The notes under the pieces were generated by a model that was not told where the DNA came from, did no database searches, and was given only the letters and a program-made list of their open reading frames with translations. The position numbers and the translations under genes are program-made. Below are positions 25,467 through 36,756 of a DNA stretch of 64,000 nucleotides, piece by piece. The DNA is taken from positions 15,872,001 through 15,936,000 of the forward strand of contig JBHGNT010000003.1 of the NCBI GenBank assembly GCA_043228905.1, read 5' to 3'. Position 1 is the first letter of the stretch. Each line of letters begins with the position of its first letter. The stretch is from Azolla caroliniana. Lineage: Eukaryota > Plantae > Polypodiophyta.

Positions 25467-28154
25467 ATGAGTGAAGATTCACCGCTCTCGATTGAAGAAT
25501 ATTGTTTGTCATCAGAGTCTTCGTTTTCTACCGAAGAGTATTGTCTGTCGACAGACTCGCCATTTTCTATTGAAGAATATTGTCTGTCAACAGACTCACC
25601 CATTTCTATCGAAGAGTATTCTCTGAGCTCATCTTTACCTACAACACATGTGAATAATGACACATGTGAAGAGTTCTGTTTATAGAATATGGTATTAATA
25701 AAGATACGGAGAATGAAGGTAGTGCCAATGAAATATCAAATATCATGGGCAAACATCGAATAACATGGGCGATGGTCACAACAAAGAATTGGATTGTAAC
25801 AAGGTTACCCCAACTTCTATGTAGGAAGAGAAATCTGGAAGCCTTATGCATATTAGAAGAATCCCACGCAGATTGGATTTGATGTCAACAAAATATGTTG
25901 TGCCTGTGGTTGTATGTCTATGATTGGAAAATCAAAGTTGCGAGAATTAAGGCGATACTATTTTTCGATGACTGGTGATGAGCAAGACACTTACCTCGGG
26001 TCACATATGCAACTAGTGTTTGACAAATGTACGGGGATCAATGTATCAGTCGAGTATTATATCTTCCATGCGCAACAGATATGTAGAATTGCCTTCAAAA
26101 TTGCAAGAGGTTCCAAGTATGAAAGGTGCAATTGGAAGACATGCTATTGGTTGGATGAAAAGTTACTTTCAGTTAAATTGTGAAGTAATGCCCACTACAG
26201 GTAGGATGCACCTCTCTGATAATTACACACGTCGGGAAGTTTATGATGTCTATCGATCAGATATGGTGGGCTCACTTAATAAATCTGTCACATATAGCCA
26301 ATTCACAAGATTATGGAGAGCTCGGTTTTCAAATGTTATCATTCTGCGTAAAGTACGCATGGGCTATTGCTCCATTTGTGCAAATCTTAAAAGTTTGGCT
26401 AAAGGTGCAAAGACATCAATGGAAAAGGATATGACTAAGAAGTTACTACAGGAGCATCGTGAGGCACAATCGTTAGAACGAAAGAAGGTGATGCATCATA
26501 GAGAGAAGTGTTTGAAGAGGCCCGAAGAATACATGTGCTTAATGATAGATGGCATGGACCAGAAGAAGATGTGCTTGCCGCATATGCGAAGGCTCCCCAA
26601 AGACATCAATGATGAGTGCCTTGTTCAAATGCACTTGGTGGGATGCTTGGCTTATAATAGGTTTGTTGGACCTCACGTCTTCGTTACATACCCCAATGTT
26701 TGCAATGACCCTAACCTAAGAGTTACAATGATTCACTGAGTTTTGATGTCTTGGGGCCAACTGTTCCCCCCTGTTCTATACATTCAATTGGACAATACTG
26801 CTAGAGAGAACAAAAATTCAATTGTGTTTGGCTATCTAAGTATGTTGGTCAACCAAGGATTGTTTAGAAAAGCGAAAGTCAATTTTCTTTTGGTTGGCCA
26901 CACACATGATCATATAGATGAGATGTTTACAACATTCTCCAGACAGTTGTCTCGGCATGATGCTTTCACATTACCAAAACTATTTGATGTCATTTGTGAT
27001 GCATATACACCACGCCCAAAAGTGTTACACTTGAAGGAGGTATATGACTTTAAGAGATATATATCAGATGGGGGTGTTGGGAATGTTAAAGTGCTCGCCT
27101 AGTTAAACAATATAAGCTTCAATCACATTTTTATGATAAAGAAAAATGAAATAAGTGGTTCTACGCTTTTGTATGCTAAACAATATTCATCTTCTACAAC
27201 ATGGGAACCTAAAGGTGGTTGTCAGTTATTACTTTGTATGTCGAGTACAATTGTCCATGGAGCCAAACAAATGCCAATTGAGAAGAAAGGTCAGTTGCAT
27301 AGTGACTTGGTATCGGAACAAAAACAATTATGGCTCCAAGTGTTAGAAGAAAAAAGAAAGCATATTGAGGCCGCAAAGAAATATGCCGCACAACAAGACA
27401 CGTCATGGTGGGATGTATATTTTAGTGATCAGAAAGGAATTATAGAAAATTGTGTATTTGGTGATAATTGGAATTTGGAAACGCCATTCACATGGTCGCT
27501 ACAACATGATCGTGTAAATAAAACTCCGGAGCAACTAGCAAATGCGATTAATGACAGTTTGGTCCATCCACAACAAAGAGACATTTATGTGGGACCAAGG
27601 ACGACCAAAGCAACCAAAGCTAGATGGCAAGGCAATTTGCAAGAGCTCACGGTGGGGATGTTGATTGCAATGCCGGCTGATGAGAACTCACATGGCCACC
27701 AATTTTGGGTTGGTAAAATTCTAGAAGTGCTAATGCATGAAATAGAAAACATGATCAAGTCTATAAACGTTCATTGGTACAACACTAGAAGTGCAAATGC
27801 TTTTATGGGTAAGTATACATTAGAGATGATTGAATGCCCAACGACAAGGGGAGGTAGGAAGAGGAAGCAAAACATTCGTAACACCTCGACCCTTGATATC
27901 TCTGATGTGGATATCATCGTGTACGACTTCACGCTTACAAAAGCCGGATGATTAAGGAAGTCAACAATAGATATAATAAAAGAAAAATTACCAGGTCTAC
28001 AAGTTGGCTCGAGTCGAAGGCAAATGAGTTCTGCTACATATAATCTAGGGTCAAACCATTTGGTTTATGATGAAGATAATGCACTGATTGGTACATCCAT
28101 GGATGACGAGGAGGAATCGTCATTGTATATTAGTTATAGTAGTGATTCTCTGTA
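25467..28154 (+). pseudogene. Sola1-like DDD transposase (DUF7869-type), disrupted
   Basis: Cysteine cluster MGYCSICANLK; LMIDGMDQKK; LYIQLDNTARENKN; FLLVGHTHDHIDEMF. C-terminal beta-barrel-like segment LIAMPAD...FWVGKILEV...VHWY. In-frame stops at ~26737, ~27100 and ~27949, and frameshifts in the 5' part. The Sola1 assignment is from recalled motifs. Confidence 0.82.
25476..25635 (+). repeat. 39-bp coding tandem repeat (SPFSIEEYCLSTD-like, 4 copies) at the transposase N-terminus
   Basis: Visible in ORF 25467..25685. Confidence 0.85.
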
Positions 28155-28518
28155 AAGGAGTGATCGTGAATGTATTTTTGGCTATTAAGTGTAACTACAT
28201 TCCACTTGTAACAAATCGAGTAATATAAAAGCATGTGTTTTGAATTCTTATGATTTCTAAAAAATCATTTCTTATAAAATAACATTGGTTGTAAAGTTTG
28301 TGATATAAATTGAGAATTTGAAATTCCTCTTTTTTTATTTATTTGTAAATCACAAGAATAGTGGATTTTAAACCTTTTTCATAGTATATTTGAACATGTA
28401 TGATACTGGTATCAACATGTTTTGTAAAATCATTGAAAAAGTACTAAAATCAATCAAAATATTCCTTATCCTTCCATTTATGCGCGATCCTTCCACTTGT
28501 GAATGCGAACGTGTTTGC

Positions 28519-29708
28519 TACTCAAAGGACGACAATGGAGAAATGGATAGGCTATGAGGAGGGATCTTTGATCCTGAGAGTTATGGGAACACTAGACAGG
28601 ATCGCAGGCCCTAAATTGTGAGACACTGAGACGCCAACACAGAATAATGCAATTCGAGTACTCGGGTATACTGGTCATAAGTGGATTGTAGATCCTGATC
28701 CGATCAAAGTACAACCCGATTGGCACATATGTACTCATGCAAACATATGGCTACGTAAGGTTAGTTGGGACCCTTTGCAATGGACATGGTGTGATCCTTA
28801 CGTGGGGCAAGGAAGCAAACCCATCCCTTTCTTCTAATTCACAACTAGATTGGGTCGCCACATTCTAGCTGCTCAAACCACCTGAGAGCCGGCTGTTGTA
28901 AAGGTCTGGCACATGTATCAAGTTCCTCACACAATTATCACCAAGTTTTGGCAGAAAATATGGAAACAACAACACGCGAGGCGAATTACCACGTTCCACT
29001 GGCTATTAATACACAAGTCACTACCGGTGGGAGCATGGCAACGTGGGAACCTGAGGTCTCCTAATTGTGTATAGTGTCCAAATGCAGTAGAATCAATACG
29101 ACACGCTCTGTGGGACTGCGAACGTCCCATCGAATATGGCGGGGGGTTGGCCGCTTGCTGCAATTATGCCAAGTGCAAGGCTCAATCAAGTGGGGAAATC
29201 TATGTTGGCTATCATGGCAGACCCCAGTTGGCAGATACGAGCATCAGGAGGAGGGGATGACTTTGGTGATAAAAGCACAAGAGGTTTCTTTCTCCACCAT
29301 TGGCAATGGCCACTCAACTCCTCTTAATGACAAATCTCAAGTTGTGGTAGAATTGGTCAGCCCAATAACTCTTTGGATTCTATGGAAACAATGATGTAGA
29401 CGGGTCTTCTCCAACCAAACCACGCATCCAACAATGTTACTGCAAGAGATATGGACTGAAATTGTAGCCACTATAAAGAGCCAATATGATGGCCTCAAGG
29501 GAGGCTCCGATGGAGTTGAAAGACAACGAATAGCCTTCATCCAACAATGGTCGTCCTCTCCATTTCTTGAGTCAGTGGGCATCCACATAAGATGGAACTA
29601 TCGCGTGCCTACATGGATTTGTACATGATAATCTCATTTGTAAAATTTTATAACTAATGGAAGGAGTTTGTTTTGGAAAAAAAAGAAAACGAAAAAGAAA
29701 GAAAGAAA
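28519..29708 (+). mobile_element. 3' part of the LINE (zf-RVT region and A-rich tail)
   Basis: FWQKIWKQQHARRITTFHWLLIHKSLPVG...PNCV.CPNAVESIRHALWDC and ITLWILWKQ, then an A-rich tail at ~29678-29708. Same strand as the RT part. Confidence 0.85.
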
Positions 29709-29982
29709 GTTGGTTCACTATTTTTACAATGAACAAAAGGCTAGGGCTTGGAAAAGTCCATGGCATGATTTGACATGTCAAAAAAGTGTCACAACAACAA
29801 CAATAAAATAACTTCTTGCTACTTAACCTCCTTCCTCCACAAGGTAAGAAAAGTTCTCCTTAGGAGCTTACACAAAGCTCATCAACAACTTCATTTGGCA
29901 ACCTTGGACTCCTTAGTGGTAACACGAAAAAGATGTGTCGACTCATGATGTACATATGGAGTCACATCTTTATGTTAGCAAA

Positions 29983-30770
29983 TGTTATGGGCATTACCAT
30001 AAAATAACTTGTGGTATGTTTTATCGTAGTATTCTATACACGTGGATAAAGTGTGAGGGTTAAACGAGAGTGTAAAGAAGGGAAGGATTACTTTTAATCC
30101 TTGGGATTGGGACAACCCATTACGCCAAGTGTAAACTGGCCTTGGGGCCTTAGGTCTGGCTATAGATATGCGGCCTACCTACCCTCATTTGATACATTAT
30201 CGAGTATGTCGAGACTCCGTCATTTTGGTGGGTCAACTCTTGTAGCGAGCGCACTAGCACCAGGTACGACTCGACGCCCCTGCGGTGGTATGGGACACCG
30301 AATGAGGCTCAAGTCTATCTCGATCCCTTTGCTCGGGGGTGGTCGGGTGGATCAGCACCCTTCTTTCTCTCCCTCCTTTCTTATTTGTTGAGAGCAAGAC
30401 AACCTAGTCTAGTGTGTGAACACACCTTAAGAGTGTATGACCACTCAAAGGTCAAAGGGTCACACCACTACTCTCTACACATTAACTATGTATCATAGAA
30501 TCATATTCTATGACACATAACTAATGAGTTTGCACATTCCCCATGACCGATAAGCTTTGGTAGTTATTGAAGAGAGAGGGTGACTATATAAAGAACCCTC
30601 CTCCTACTTTGTAATGAGTCGGTTAATCTCCTTTGTAATATACAATCTTCTTGAGTATTTCTATTTTCTATCTATCTTGTGTCTCTCTCCTCTCCTCTTC
30701 TCAAACACACACACACACAACACAAATCTCTAACATATTCAGCTGCATAGAATCATACCATGATGCTTTA
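29983..30770 (+). mobile_element. LTR-like region upstream of copia A (possibly composite)
   Basis: TATA-like CTATATAAAG at ~30584, CT-rich tail, TAACA at 30734, followed by a degenerate Met-tRNA PBS (CGTATAAGAGC, ~30774). Boundaries uncertain. Confidence 0.5.
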
Positions 30771-31729
30771 CTTCGTATAAGAGCGCTTTGGTAGCTCGAT
30801 ATAGCCCATTCGTGTGCATTGTGTCTACGCCGACGATTCAAAGAAGAAGGAAGAAATCTACGCCGGCTCATCGTTATCGTAGTTGCGGCTACATAGAAGG
30901 AAGAAATCTACATTGAACACCATGAATAATCAAATGGGGAGCGCTCTCCCTAGCGAGAAGTTGGACCCGCATCTTGGGAGCACAAGATGCATCAATACCT
31001 TATCGAGCAAGGTTATTGGAGCTACATCAAAGGAGCATAAGAAAATCGACCTGACCCAAAGGACACCGACTACTCAACATGGGAGCAAGTGGTGAGTCAA
31101 GTAATGTATTTCTTGGCGACATGTGTTCATGCCCATATGCTTGTCTACATTCAAGAAGCCATGATGCCAAAGGAAGTATGGGAGAATTTAAGGAAGATTT
31201 TCGCGGCCAACAGAACTGCAAGAAAGCTTCAACTCCGCCAAGAGTTCAACAATGTCCAACAAAGGGACATGTCCATCACGAGCTACACCTTAAAGATCAA
31301 GGAGCTTTATGGCTCATTGGGCTGAATAAGCTTCAATGTTGATGATGATGAGATGGTGTAAATATGCCTCGGTGACCTCGAACCACGGTTCGGCGTGATG
31401 AGAACTGCCGTTCTAGCAAGGGAGAATCCTCCCTCTTTCTTTGATCTTCAATTAATGCTATTGGTTGAAGAAAATCGTGTTCGAACTAAGAGCAATGCCT
31501 TGGAAGGCCACATGCTCTACACACACTCGGATGGATGAAGAGGATGTAGTCGAGCCAGAGGCCGATTCGGCCAAGGACGAGGCAGATGAGGTCCGACTTA
31601 TGAAAAAAACTCCCAATTCGGGCAACAAGATGGAAGCCATTGAGGAACCTTCGGATGGAGGGGGAGCTTCCATTCCGGTCCGAGTGACAAACCTCGATCG
31701 AATGCAAATATTGCGGCAAAACCGGCCAC

Positions 31730-32803
31730 CTCTCACAGACATCATGACTGTCATTTGAACTCTTAACCTCTTGACATATATTCTCAAGTGTTGTGTTCTA
31801 ACCAACACATCCAAATATATGGTCATGTTATGATATCCTACTAGATTATTAGTAGATTATCAATTTCAAGTTCTAAGAGTTTTTAGAAAGTTCTAGAACT
31901 AGAAGGTTCTAGAGGGTTCTAGATGTTAGGAAACAGGTCCCTCCAGATGGGAATTGAGAAGAACCGTGTTGATGAGCAACTCGGCCGAGGCCGAATCCGG
32001 AAATCGTGGAGATAGCCAACACGGAAGGCTAAGTTTGTAAATAGTTGAAAGGTTACATTAGTATATAAGTACTTAGGGCAATCATGTTACAATAAGTGCG
32101 TTATTGTAAAGTTACTGTTGACGAGGTCGTTGCCTCTGTAACCGTGAGTGTAAATGAGTGTGAGTGGAAGCGCGTGAGCTCCATAGCCGCTTGTTGGCGA
32201 AGCAGGATCTCGAGGTTGTTGCCTCTAAGATCTCTGATTGTATTCCTTTCTCTCATAGTGTTCTATTTCGGAGTTTGTGGACTTCACGTGGTTTTTCCCA
32301 GTTCGGGTTTCCACGTTAAAATCTGTGTCATTCTCAGTTTCTGTATTTTGTTTTTCCTTTTCATTAGATTGACTATTATTCCGCACACGTACAACCGGTT
32401 GTGGCCGGCAAAGATTTTAACTTCACTAGAATATTCTCCAAAGTATTCTAATGCATGTACTTCGACTCACAGTATAAATACTTGTAACCTTCCTTTCAAG
32501 GGATTCAACACCAGTCATTGACACATCAATCTAGTATTCTTCTTCCATTCCATCTTTGTCTCTTTCTTCATCTTTGTCTTTATTCTCTTATGTCGTTCCT
32601 AGCATCTTACATTCCTTGTCAGCCTTGTCATTCGTGTTCCATCCGAGTCCACAGTTCGTGTATCCGTGACAGTTTGAATCCCTTCCAACTGGAAGTATTA
32701 CCCGTCTTCGTCATCGCCCTAGAGTTATCATCATCACCGTCATTGGTTCTAGAGTTACCATCATCAAACATCCCTTTGTTTTCTATCTTCCTTGCCATCT
32801 CTA
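31730..32803 (+). mobile_element. TCTAGA-type LTR fragment replacing the protease region of copia A
   Basis: tRNA-like relic at ~31745-31815, TTCTAGA repeats, GTATAAATAC at ~32472, end TCCGTGACA at 32671. Interrupted by the solo LTR at 31967-32393. Confidence 0.6.
31967..32393 (+). mobile_element. Solo LTR, copia type (427 bp)
   Basis: TGT...ACA termini, flanking ACCG on both sides, GTGGTTTTTCCC..GGGTTTCCACG motif. Confidence 0.75.
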
Positions 32804-35800
32804 TCTCTGTGAAGCATGCTAATTCGGCAAGCAACATCGACACTCATTTCTGAAGGAGAGGAACGTGAACAAAGGCCTATTGGACGTAGTCCACACGGAT
32901 GTGTGAGGACCGGCACAAACAACCACATTCGAAGGATGTCGGTATATGTTACCTTCATCGACGACTTCTCCAGATACACATGGATCTTTCCCATGAGGAT
33001 GAAAAGAGAAGTGTTTTCACACTTCCAAAAATTCAAAATCGAAGTCGAAAAGACAACTAGACGCCATGTATGATGTCTGCGGTCAAACGGAGGAAAGGAA
33101 TACTTCTCAGATGCATTCATGACATACCTTCGCCAAGAAGGAATTCAACGAGAATTCACTTGCTGACACACACTGCAATAGAACGGTGTAGCCGAACGCA
33201 AGAATTGGCACATCCTCGAAGTAGCAAGGGTCATGCTAAACGAGAAGCATATGCCCAAGCCTATTGGGCAGAAACTGCAAATACTGTCGTCTACCTCATG
33301 AACCGGTGCACAACATCCAGAGTGCACAAGGTCACCTCGCACGAGAAATACTATGGGAAGTAGTCGGATCTATCCCATGTAAGGATATTCGGCTCCATTG
33401 CATATGTGCATATTCACAATGAAAAGTGGCAAAAGCTAGATCCCAATTCGGAGAATTGTATCCTCGTAGGGTACTCACTAGAGCAAAGGGGTAAAAGGGC
33501 TTCAACCCCTCTACTCGGAAGGTTTGTGTAAGTCGGGATGTCGTCTTTGACGAATCAGCACCATGATACAAACTAGAGCCTACTCCTCTTGAACCATTTC
33601 CAGTCGACCCGAACTTGGCCAACCAAGAGTCAGAAGATGAAGATTGACTAAGGCATATCTTTGAAGAAAGTCCAATCATGATGAGGCTCAGTGGGCCACA
33701 AGAGCGCCCGAGCAACCAAACCACATCTCGACCGAGTCCAAAGATGGACAAAGGGAAGGCCAAAATGCCGGAATACGAAGACGATCAATTCGACGATAAT
33801 GAATCAACTTACTCACTCGACAGTGAGTTTGGTGGCTTTGATGTGCCTCTTATGAGGTCACCCGGAGTTAAGAAAGCACTCACATCGGCAATTGAGAAAC
33901 TCAGTCGCTCCACCCGAGAGAAGAATCTGATTAACTAATTTGGCCACAACGACTATATGGCATACCACTATGCCTTTATGATGTGTTGGGAATTCGGTTC
34001 CTCTGGATGGGATCTTGATGAGAACTGGAGGAGCTAGATTGGACAAGCCGAAGGAAGGAACCTAACCGGACGGATCCGGAAGGTATCCGGATGAATCCAG
34101 TGTGAACTGGATCTAGGGACATATCTGTAAATATGTTTCTAGAGTGCTTGTCATGGCCATATTTGTAAATAGTCCTAAAGTATAAATATGACTTAGGGAA
34201 ATCACTTATGCATATGTGTATGTGTAGAGATATTGTTGTATAGACACAAAGAGAGCTTTAGAGAGCGGGCGAGAGAGAGAGCGTGAGATACATATTTTTT
34301 TTTTGTTGTAACCACTGGTTGGTGAAGACATAGGGCTCAAGGTCATTGCCTCCGAGTCTCACATTGTATCCTCTTCTTATAATGATAGTTGGAGTCTGTG
34401 GGCTCCCCTGTTTTCCCGTATTAGGGTTTTTCCACGTAAACATCCAGTGTCGTCTCTTCTGTGTAAGTGTATTAACCTACATTTCTATTTTGTCCTTCCA
34501 TTGAGTGTTTAAGACTCGGTTGTGGTTGAGCGCTATTCCGTACAAACTGGTATAAGAGTGAACAACAAATGGAAGAGTAATTCGGAAGCATGTTCAAGCT
34601 TACCGGCTCCAACTACTCAGTGTGGAAGTCGATGATGAGGGACATGCTCATGGTAAAAGATCTCTGGCTGCTCGTACAGTTTGGGGACAAGAAATTGGAC
34701 AAGATCGATGTCACGACGTGGGAGGTGATCCACATGAAGACGACTGCATACATTTGGTGCTTCATCGACATGTTTGACAACTTCAATGAAGAAAACAAGG
34801 CAAATGAGCTTTGGGAGAAGATATGCATCATGTTTGACAACAAGAATGTCGTAAATCAAGTCTCAGTCTTCCGGAAGTTGGTGAGACTCAGATATCAAGA
34901 TGACTCCAGTATGGCGGAGCACATGAATGCCATCTAGGGGCTCATAAATCAAACAACCTCGTTGGAAGTACCTCTAGTTGACGAGGTACTCACGTTTCTG
35001 CTACTTGGTTCCCTCCTAGATAGTTGGGAGACGCTAACTGTCACTTTGGGCAACGCTGGGCCGGAAAGAAAACAGTTGTCCCTCTTGCTGGATGAAGAAG
35101 CTCCCCGGAAGGACCGGGAGTCACGAACCGATCCGAAGGGCTTGGTCATAGAAGATGACCACAACTGGGGAAAAGGATGGATTCAGAGTCCCCAAAACTG
35201 GGACAAATCAGGGACGAGGTCGAAGCCAAGGGGGAGGCCCACTTGCTTTTATTGCGGAAAGCCGAGGCACTTTTAGAAGAATTTCCAACACTTCCGGAAA
35301 ATCAAAGGAGAAGCCAACATTCTCGAACCGAAGAAGATTTCGGAAAGGAGAGGAACGTCGACAATCCCAACAAGGGAGGAAGAACTGTTGCTAATCACCG
35401 AGGAGAGTGAGCTGCATCTTGTTAGCGACGAAATGACATGGGTGGTCGACTCCGTAGCGTTGTTCCATCTAACCCCCGATCGGAAGTGCTTCACATCCTA
35501 TAGAGCCGGAGATCATTGTTCTGTCTGGATGGGAAATGAAGGTGCATGCCGAATTGTCAGCATAGGAGATGTGTGGCTGCGAACGAGAACGGGCTGCAAG
35601 TTTTTGTTGAACGATGTCCGACACGTTCTGGAGGTTCGGTTGAACTTGATATCAGCGGATCGGCTAGATGATGAAGGCTACACGGGTAACATCCGGAACG
35701 GAGTCATGAAGTTTTGCAAAGGGAGCCTGATCGTGGCCCGAGCCTTGAAGATCAACACCATGTACCTCATGCATGCCCGGATATGCGAGGAGGAAGTGAA

Positions 35801-36756
35801 TGTGGCATCCGACAATGCCAGTGAGCTGTGGCACAAAAGATTGTGCCATATGAGCCAGAAGGGGATGCGAAGACTTGCTGAAGAAAACCTCATTCTGGAG
35901 GTGAAAGATGTGCATCTTGAGAAGTGCACCAATTTCTTGGCCGGCAAGCAAAACCAAACCTCCTTCTGAACCCGACTACCGTCGAGATGGAATGCACCGC
36001 GGGAACTTGTGCATACCGATGTATGCCAAATGGACACGAAGTTACATGCCGGATCGGAGTACTTCGTCACGTTCATAGACGACCACAGCCGGAAGCTATG
36101 GGTCTCACCATTGTAAACGAAGGATAAGGTATTGTCCGTCTTCAAGGAATTCCAGGTGAGAGTTGAAAGGGAAACCGTCCGGAAGTTGAAGGCGGTTCGA
36201 GCAAACAACGGAGGAGAATACCAGGGGCGATTTGAGGGAATCCGACTCGACTTCACCGTGTTGAAGACACCGGAGCTAAACGGATTTGATGAAAGGATGA
36301 ACCGGAACGTAATGGAGAGAGTCCGGAGCATGCTAGCACATGCTAAACTGTCCAAGATGTTTTGGGCTGAGGCGCTGATAATGGTGACGTAAGTGATTAA
36401 TCGATCCGCATCTGAAGGTGTTTGGTTGTCTTGCCTACATGCATGTTGCAAAGGACAAGAGAGCAAAGTTGGATCCGAAGTCCTGGCCATGCATATTCCT
36501 TGGATATGGTGATGATGAGTTCGGCTACCGAGTGCGGACTTGGTCAACAAGAAGGTGTTCCGGAGTCGAGACATAGTCTTCATGGAAGACAAGACTATTG
36601 CTGACTAGGAGTCGGAGAAGAAGAGAGTGGACTTGGGGTCGACCAACAAAGATTGGTTGGAAGATTCTAGGACACATCCGGTTGGAAGTCATATATCAGA
36701 CGAGGACCATGATGAACCGGCCGGATTCGGACAAAGACTTGAACTGACAGAAGAAG

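Larger units (their letters stand above)
20461..28518. mobile_element. Sola1-like DDD DNA transposon with a divergently oriented ParB-methyltransferase cargo gene, inserted in the LINE
   Basis: An ~8-kb block interrupts LINE ORF2 between the RT and the zf-RVT region. It contains a plus-strand transposase and a minus-strand spliced gene. No TIR pair or TSD recognised; the left end is probably deleted. Boundaries approximate. Confidence 0.75.
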
